A DNA stretch of 48,699 bases from a virus (taxonomy: Duplodnaviria > Caudoviricetes). Where the stretch lies: positions 1-48,699 of IMG/VR virus record IMGVR_UViG_3300035008_000005. One strand, 5' to 3'. The notes under the pieces are model-generated. The model was not told the DNA's origin and did not search any database. It saw nothing but the letters and a program-made list of their open reading frames with translations. Shown piece by piece: positions 43,377 to 48,699 of the stretch; position 1 is the first letter of the stretch, and every line of letters begins with the position of its first letter. Made by a program: the position numbers and the translations under genes.

Positions 43377-44014
43377 ACGATATGAGCCAAGTCATCATTC
43401 CGCGGAGTGACCAGCTCAACGCGGAGGACTTCATCGCGGGCCCAGCAACCTTCATCATCGAAGGCGTTGCGATCAGCCCCGGCACCGAGCAGCCGGTTAG
43501 TATCAAACTGGTGGGCGAGCCGCGCGTCTGGCGCCCGTGCAAGTCGATGTCTCGCGTCCTCGTCGCCGCATGGGGCCCCGACGCCAACGCCTATGTCGGT
43601 CGGTCGGTCACGCTCTATCGCGACCCCAAGGTCAAATGGGGCGGCCTCGAAGTCGGCGGCATTCGGGTCAGCCACTTGTCGCACATCGAACGCGACATGG
43701 TGATGTCGCTGACGGCCACCAAGGGCAAGCGCGCGCCGCACAAGGTTTGCGTTCTGGAAGCGCCCGCGAACGACGCCACCCCCGCCGGCCTATCCCTCGA
43801 CCAGGCCCGCTGCGACATCGCCAACGCCACCACGATCGACGACCTCAAAACAGTCTGGACGCGCAAGTCGATGGCGCCGCACCGCGCCGAACTTCAAGCC
43901 GACCTCGACGCACGAAAGGCTGAGCTGACGGACGCGCCCAACGCCGAGGAAGGCCGCGCCGATACTGACATGGGCGAGGCGCATGTTGAAGAGACGGAAG
44001 AGGCGCCCTTCTGA
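43373..44014 (+). CDS. Putative ssDNA-binding/annealing partner of the exonuclease
   Basis: SDQLNAED, PCKSM.RVL..AWG, GGIR.SHLSHI; acidic tail ending PF. Confidence 0.6.
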   Translation: MNDMSQVIIPRSDQLNAEDFIAGPATFIIEGVAISPGTEQPVSIKLVGEPRVWRPCKSMSRVLVAAWGPDANAYVGRSVTLYRDPKVKWGGLEVGGIRVSHLSHIERDMVMSLTATKGKRAPHKVCVLEAPANDATPAGLSLDQARCDIANATTIDDLKTVWTRKSMAPHRAELQADLDARKAELTDAPNAEEGRADTDMGEAHVEETEEAPF

Positions 44015-44283
44015 TGACCCGCGAACGCCGCTCCGACGACAGCCTCACGCCGTCGCGCCAGCCCGCCGCCATCTCGCAATACGAGCGCGATCGATACCGG
44101 CGCGACCCGGCTTACCGGCTGAAACGCATCAACCACACGCGGGCTCTGCGCGGTCGACCGACGGTAACGAGCCTCGATGAGGTTCGGCTGCGCCCCCCCC
44201 GCATAGCCGCCGGATCACCGGCAACGAGTTTCCACAGGGAGCCGGGCGCGGCCAACAACCCGCCCGGTGTAATTCAGGAGTGA
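44014..44283 (+). CDS. Hypothetical protein
   Basis: Coupled. Confidence 0.55.
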   Translation: MTRERRSDDSLTPSRQPAAISQYERDRYRRDPAYRLKRINHTRALRGRPTVTSLDEVRLRPPRIAAGSPATSFHREPGAANNPPGVIQE

Positions 44284-44495
44284 TGATGATGAGTAGTTTT
44301 GTTCGCCGCATTCAACGTCAGCAAGTCGGAACCGATTTTAGCCCCCGTTTCGTCAACGGCGAGTTCGACGGTTACGTCAGCGTCGGCCCGCGCAAGAAGT
44401 TCTATCTTGGTCGCGGCAAGATGCTTGGCGTCACGAACCCGAAAGCGAAGGACTTGCTTGCCCGCCAACGCCGTGAAGCGCGGAGGGCAGCATGA
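44280..44495 (+). CDS. Hypothetical basic protein
   Basis: AGGAG SD. Confidence 0.65.
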   Translation: MMMMSSFVRRIQRQQVGTDFSPRFVNGEFDGYVSVGPRKKFYLGRGKMLGVTNPKAKDLLARQRREARRAA

Positions 44496-44749
44496 ACCTC
44501 CTCCACACCATCGGCTTGATGACGCGGGCAGAGCATGAGCGGATCGTGCACCGCATGTCTGACAAATTCAAGCGCGCCGCCACCGACCTCGAAAAGCAGA
44601 TCGAACTAAATGCGGAACTGCATGAACTGGCCGATGGTCGCGCCGCCAAGGTTCTCGCGCTGAGCAGCGAAATCGCCGCCCTCCGCCCCGACGCTCTCGC
44701 CATGCGCCGCAAGAGACAGATGGATAGGGATAGGAGGAAGGGACGATGA
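44492..44749 (+). CDS. Hypothetical coiled-coil protein
   Basis: GGAGG SD; coupled. Confidence 0.65.
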   Translation: MNLLHTIGLMTRAEHERIVHRMSDKFKRAATDLEKQIELNAELHELADGRAAKVLALSSEIAALRPDALAMRRKRQMDRDRRKGR

Positions 44750-44907
44750 GCGTCGAGCCTCTGCGCCCCCACCTATCTGATGGCCGCCCGCGCTGCCAAG
44801 CGCGCCTGCGCTACGGATCGACTTGGGTTTCAGGCCGTCGCCAATGCAGCAAGGCTGCGAAAAATGGCGTATTTTGCGCGGTCCATCACAAACAGGTGCA
44901 GCCATGA
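44746..44907 (+). CDS. 53-aa Cys/His (Zn-finger-like) protein
   Basis: Hand-translated RCQA...QCSKAAKNGVFCAVHH; ATGA coupling at both ends. Confidence 0.6.
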   Translation: MSVEPLRPHLSDGRPRCQARLRYGSTWVSGRRQCSKAAKNGVFCAVHHKQVQP

Positions 44908-45173
44908 CCTCCCCCAACCTATCAGATCTTATCGAACGGGTGGAGGCGGGCGAGCGCAGCAACGAACTGGACGTGCTGATCGAAGTCGCCCTGTTCAAGC
45001 CCAGCGATGTCTACATCGCGATAAGCCCGAACTCCGCCGGGACAAAGGTTATTTACACCCACCGAGGTGGGAAAGTGCGCACGACGTTTTGGGCGGAAGA
45101 GCACACGATTTCCCCAACGATAACGCTCGCCTCCCTCCGCGCCCTCGAAGAAAAGGATATTGATCATGGGTGA
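44904..45173 (+). CDS. Hypothetical protein; N-terminus resembles 1437-1826
   Basis: LIERVE...ELD..I..A. Confidence 0.65.
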   Translation: MTSPNLSDLIERVEAGERSNELDVLIEVALFKPSDVYIAISPNSAGTKVIYTHRGGKVRTTFWAEEHTISPTITLASLRALEEKDIDHG

Positions 45174-45324
45174 CCTGTCCGCCCGCAGGCGAAAGTTTAG
45201 GGCCCTCGACAGTGTCCGCCGCCTGATCGTTACCGGAAATAACAAGCGATACTGGCGGCAGCGCGAGCGCGACATTCTCGCGGCGATCGAACAGCTTGAC
45301 CGAAAGGACCACCCCCATGCCTGA
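45166..45324 (+). CDS. 52-aa hypothetical protein
   Basis: AAGGA SD; fills the gap between coupled genes. Confidence 0.5.
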   Translation: MGDLSARRRKFRALDSVRRLIVTGNNKRYWRQRERDILAAIEQLDRKDHPHA

Positions 45325-45616
45325 CAGCAATAGCACTGTGGGCGGGCCCGAGGACGACGAAGGCTTCTACGACGACTGCGGGCGATGGTGGCCGAGCGAC
45401 GCCGAATGGTGTGATCGCTGCCAAAGCATGGGCACCGAGGAGTGTCTGTGCGCGGGAGATTTCTGCTGCTGCGGTCGCGGCGAGGTCGAGTGCGAACGAT
45501 GCGGCGGCGAAGGATATTTCGTGCCCACCGAAGCCTTCAAGAAAGCTCGCGCGGAAACCGCCAAATGGTGGCGCGAGCTGAACGATAGCCTTCCCCAGCC
45601 CGGAGCATCATCATGA
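45317..45616 (+). CDS. Cys-rich Zn-finger-like protein
   Basis: CDRCQSMG..ECLC...CERCGGEG. Confidence 0.7.
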   Translation: MPDSNSTVGGPEDDEGFYDDCGRWWPSDAEWCDRCQSMGTEECLCAGDFCCCGRGEVECERCGGEGYFVPTEAFKKARAETAKWWRELNDSLPQPGASS

Positions 45617-46788
45617 CGAGCAATACCCCTGTGACGCAGGCGCCTTTCCCGGTGACGCAGGCGGGTCGGGATGCTGCGGCAAACGCAGTTATTCAGGCGA
45701 CAGACCAAACCATGCAAATTCGTCTCGGCGAGGCGGATCATCTTGCTGTGGTTCAAGCCTTCGCCGCCCTCACCCCTTCTGCGCTGTCCGGCGATAACAG
45801 CCAGAGCAGCAGTAATGCTGGCGGGGTGGAGCCGTGGCCCGGTTGCTATGCCGACCTGCAACAGCGGCGCGTGACCACGCTCGCCAAGTTGGGCCTTATG
45901 CTTTCCGTCATGGCGAGCGGGGAAGCTGCGGAAGTCGTCGGCTATGACGCTGCGGACCTTTACGCCGAAGTGCTGATGGCCCTCGGTATCGAGGATGCCG
46001 ACGACACCGACATTGCCTTGGAGATCGCTCGCGATCATCCGGAGGGCGATATCCTCGCCTCTCTATCCACCCCCACGGCTGAACCGATGGCGGAATTGCA
46101 GCGGCTTGGGCAGGAATATGACGGGGAGGTGCTGGTCATGGCACCTCGCGAGCCGACAGATGATATGGTGCAGGCGGGCCTCTACCAACTTTCTGTCGGT
46201 GGCGACGAATGGGCGATGGTCTATCAAATATGGGTCGATATGTTCACCGCTATAACGATGGACGGCGGCATAACGACGAGCCTTCCTGCGAAACCCGTCG
46301 AACTGGCAGAACGAATCCTGTGGCACGTCGAACAGGTTTGCGGACCTCTCTCGATAGAGACGACTGAGAACCCCGGCGACGATGACCGGAGCATTTTGCT
46401 GCACAACATTCGCGCCGCCCTCACCACACCCCCGACACCCGACCGTATCGGGAAGGATGCGGTGCGGGAGGCGTTGGCGACCGCGCGCAATTATGTCGTC
46501 GGCAATCACGATGAGGGATGCGAACTCGATCTCGAATACGGCGAGCAAAATTTCGACGACGAGGACGGCGAGCGCACATGGCCGGATGACCGGAAATGCA
46601 CTTGCGGGACCGACGAAATGCTTGCGACCATCGACCGCGCCCTCTCTGCCACCCCCGCACAGGAGGGGGACGAAGCATTTTGCGCTACCGTATGGGATGC
46701 CCTCAAAGGCGACCATACCGACCTCCGGCGTCAGCAGATCATCCTTACGGCGCATCGAATCGCCACTGGTCGGGAAGGGGAGGTATAA
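45613..46788 (+). CDS. Mosaic hypothetical phage protein
   Basis: 391 aa; concatenated short modules (PREPT..M..AG; LQRLGQEYD). Confidence 0.7.
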   Translation: MTSNTPVTQAPFPVTQAGRDAAANAVIQATDQTMQIRLGEADHLAVVQAFAALTPSALSGDNSQSSSNAGGVEPWPGCYADLQQRRVTTLAKLGLMLSVMASGEAAEVVGYDAADLYAEVLMALGIEDADDTDIALEIARDHPEGDILASLSTPTAEPMAELQRLGQEYDGEVLVMAPREPTDDMVQAGLYQLSVGGDEWAMVYQIWVDMFTAITMDGGITTSLPAKPVELAERILWHVEQVCGPLSIETTENPGDDDRSILLHNIRAALTTPPTPDRIGKDAVREALATARNYVVGNHDEGCELDLEYGEQNFDDEDGERTWPDDRKCTCGTDEMLATIDRALSATPAQEGDEAFCATVWDALKGDHTDLRRQQIILTAHRIATGREGEV

Positions 46789-47141
46789 TGGATACTTGGG
46801 CAGCAAGACTGATCGATGACCTGCATCCCTACCGCACCGTGCCGAACGACGGCTTGGGCCTCGGGCAACGCGTCGGATACGGCGTCAACTCGCATGATGC
46901 TATCGCGATAGCGCACGCTTTCCAGACGAAACGCATAGCCGATGCGCTCGAAAAGTTAGCCGACCACACCACGCGTGCGTCCGCACAGCCTGTTGATGAA
47001 ACCGAGAGGCTGCGGGAGGCACTGCGCGAGATAGCAGACGGCCAAATGGTTATCGAAGGCTCGGGCAAGATACGCTTTCGCAGCCCTGTCGAAATTGCCC
47101 GCGCCGCCCTCCAACATAAGGGGGAGGTGAGCCGTGGGTGA
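46788..47141 (+). CDS. Hypothetical protein
   Basis: GGAGGT SD; ERLREALREIA...IARAAL. Confidence 0.7.
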   Translation: MDTWAARLIDDLHPYRTVPNDGLGLGQRVGYGVNSHDAIAIAHAFQTKRIADALEKLADHTTRASAQPVDETERLREALREIADGQMVIEGSGKIRFRSPVEIARAALQHKGEVSRG

Positions 47142-47325
47142 CCTCATCTTCAAGTTCCGCGTGCTGCAATATCTGCTGGCCGGCGCATTCGTTGAATGGC
47201 GCGACAGCGTTTGGCGGCGCGACCTCGATTCCTCCTACTGCTGCGACGGGCGCGAATGCGGCTGCGCGGCGACCAGCGTCCGCGACCTCTGGTCGTGGCA
47301 TGTTGAAAAGGACAGCCAGCCATGA
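47134..47325 (+). CDS. Small Cys-rich protein
   Basis: GGAGGT SD; CCDGRECGC. Confidence 0.65.
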   Translation: MGDLIFKFRVLQYLLAGAFVEWRDSVWRRDLDSSYCCDGRECGCAATSVRDLWSWHVEKDSQP

Positions 47326-47486
47326 TCCGCCACATCGAACACTACGCCCCCGAGCCCGTCATCATAGAACAGGCCTTCGGTAGATTCGTCCACAGGGAGT
47401 TTCCTGTGCTGGTAGCTCGGGTAAGAGAAATGAAGAACCGGGACGCTGGCGAGATCGTCGGGGTCGTGGAGCGGGGGCGGCGATGA
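47322..47486 (+). CDS. 54-aa hypothetical protein
   Basis: ATGA coupling at both ends. Confidence 0.5.
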   Translation: MIRHIEHYAPEPVIIEQAFGRFVHREFPVLVARVREMKNRDAGEIVGVVERGRR

Positions 47487-47650
47487 CGGCGCGCGCTCGC
47501 TTCTCTCAGGCTGACGTGCGGAAGGCAATTCGCGCCGCCAAGAAGGAAGGCGAGCAAGCCCCGCGCGTCATCTTGCGCCCCAATGGCGAAATCGAGATCA
47601 TATGCGGAAAGACGCCGCCCGCCAACGATGAAGAAGAGTTTGACCTGTGA
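47483..47650 (+). CDS. Putative excisionase/recombination directionality factor
   Basis: MTARARFSQADVRKAIRAAKKEG...PNGEI; small basic ORF coupled to integrase. Confidence 0.7.
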   Translation: MTARARFSQADVRKAIRAAKKEGEQAPRVILRPNGEIEIICGKTPPANDEEEFDL

Positions 47651-48699
47651 AGCGCAAAAAGTGGCTCCCCGATAACGTGACCGAATATACCGATCGCCAC
47701 GGCGGCAAGCGGTATCGCTTCCGCAAAGCGGGACTGCCGACCTATCATTTCCGCAACCAGCCAGGAACCCCCGAGTTCATGGAGGAATATCTACGGGCGA
47801 AGTCAGCGGAGAAGCCCGCGCCTGAACCGAGATATGAAGCCGGAACCGTCGATGCTGTTGTGGCTGCGCTATACAACACCCCGCGCTGGCGCAAGATGAA
47901 GCCGTCGAGCCGCCGCACCTATCAGGGCATTATCGAGAAGTTCCGCGCCCGCAACGGACACCGCAAGATCACGGCCATAACCACGGCGATCATCGACAAG
48001 AAACTTGGCGAGATGGAATCTACCCCGGCGGCGGCGAACAACTATCGCAAGGCTCTCGCCCGCATATTCCGGCAGGCCATCAAAATGGGCCTTATGAAGC
48101 ACAACCCCGTCGAGGCAACCGATGCCTACAAGATGGAGGGCGAAGGCTTCCACACTTGGACGGAAGAAGAGATAGCCGCCTATGAGGCGAAATGGCCCGT
48201 AGGAACGCGCGAGCGCCTTGCCTTCGCGCTGCTCCTGCACACCGCCGTGCGCCGGTCGGATATGATCAAGATCGGCCCCGAGAACCGGAACGGGGACAGG
48301 CTCAATCTCGACCATACGAAAAACGATAGCGACACGTCGATTCCGATCACCGCCGAGCTGGAGGAGGCCCTTGCTCCCTTCGCCGACACGACCGGAACCT
48401 ATCTCCAGACGCAATTCGGAAAGCCCTATACCGCGGACGGCTTCGGCAACTGGTTTCGCCGCAAGGTGAAGGACGCGGGGCTGCCGCTGGGCTGTTCACC
48501 CCATGGACTGCGCAAAGCCATGTCGCGCCGCCTAGCCGAGTCGGGATCGACCAACCAGCAAGGCCGCGCGGTCACCGGTCACAAGACCGACCGGGAGTTT
48601 ACCCGCTACGCCGCGAAGGCGAATAAAGCCGCGATGGCAGACGAGGCGATGGCTAACCTGTCAAAGAAGTTCGCCAAGCCCAGCAAGGAGAGCCGCTAA
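47647..48699 (+). CDS. int: Tyrosine integrase
   Basis: TAVRRSD (R), HTKN (K), HGLRK (HxxR), TGH, RY (Y). Confidence 0.95.
   Translation: MKRKKWLPDNVTEYTDRHGGKRYRFRKAGLPTYHFRNQPGTPEFMEEYLRAKSAEKPAPEPRYEAGTVDAVVAALYNTPRWRKMKPSSRRTYQGIIEKFRARNGHRKITAITTAIIDKKLGEMESTPAAANNYRKALARIFRQAIKMGLMKHNPVEATDAYKMEGEGFHTWTEEEIAAYEAKWPVGTRERLAFALLLHTAVRRSDMIKIGPENRNGDRLNLDHTKNDSDTSIPITAELEEALAPFADTTGTYLQTQFGKPYTADGFGNWFRRKVKDAGLPLGCSPHGLRKAMSRRLAESGSTNQQGRAVTGHKTDREFTRYAAKANKAAMADEAMANLSKKFAKPSKESR

Larger units (their letters stand above)
1..48699. mobile_element. Temperate siphovirus-like prophage/phage genome (att sites not visible)
   Basis: Integrase, cI/cro, replication, terminase, portal, capsid, tail tube, tape measure and lysis modules in lambdoid order; no sheath gene seen. 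Confidence 0.95.

Noticed and set aside
48640-48699. attR or integrase arm sites
   Set aside because: No matching repeat found at the left end; the window stops at the integrase stop codon, so att cannot be assessed

Overview
The window is a near-complete temperate siphovirus-type (pro)phage. It begins inside an N-terminally truncated gene and ends at the stop codon of a tyrosine integrase. The host is probably an alphaproteobacterium (GAAC-N7-GAAC LexA box, GTA-like tail genes); this is inferred, not shown. Layout: + strand accessory genes (1-4641); one long - strand arm running from cro through cII-like, helicases, C5 methyltransferase, VapE and ori to terminase, head, tail and lysis (39802 down to 4598); a cI/cro switch with palindromic operators (39602-41065); and a + strand recombination/accessory arm ending in xis-int. 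Most notable observations: (1) a 356-nt highly structured mini-element with an 8-bp direct repeat and its own 25-aa ORF splits a TGT/DpdA-like gene, and removing it restores the reading frame exactly; (2) the portal carries a C-terminal 2H-phosphoesterase (Acb1-like) domain behind an SDAQ motif also found in the capsid leader, and a Gp49/66 (Acb4-like) gene sits in the lysis cassette; (3) a promoter-bearing, tetraloop-rich candidate ncRNA at about 3580-3820; (4) a nested alternate-frame ORF in the methyltransferase; (5) six copies of a 12-bp late-promoter motif; (6) a 14 x 22-aa His-repeat fibre protein. All family assignments come from motif recognition, not database searches.
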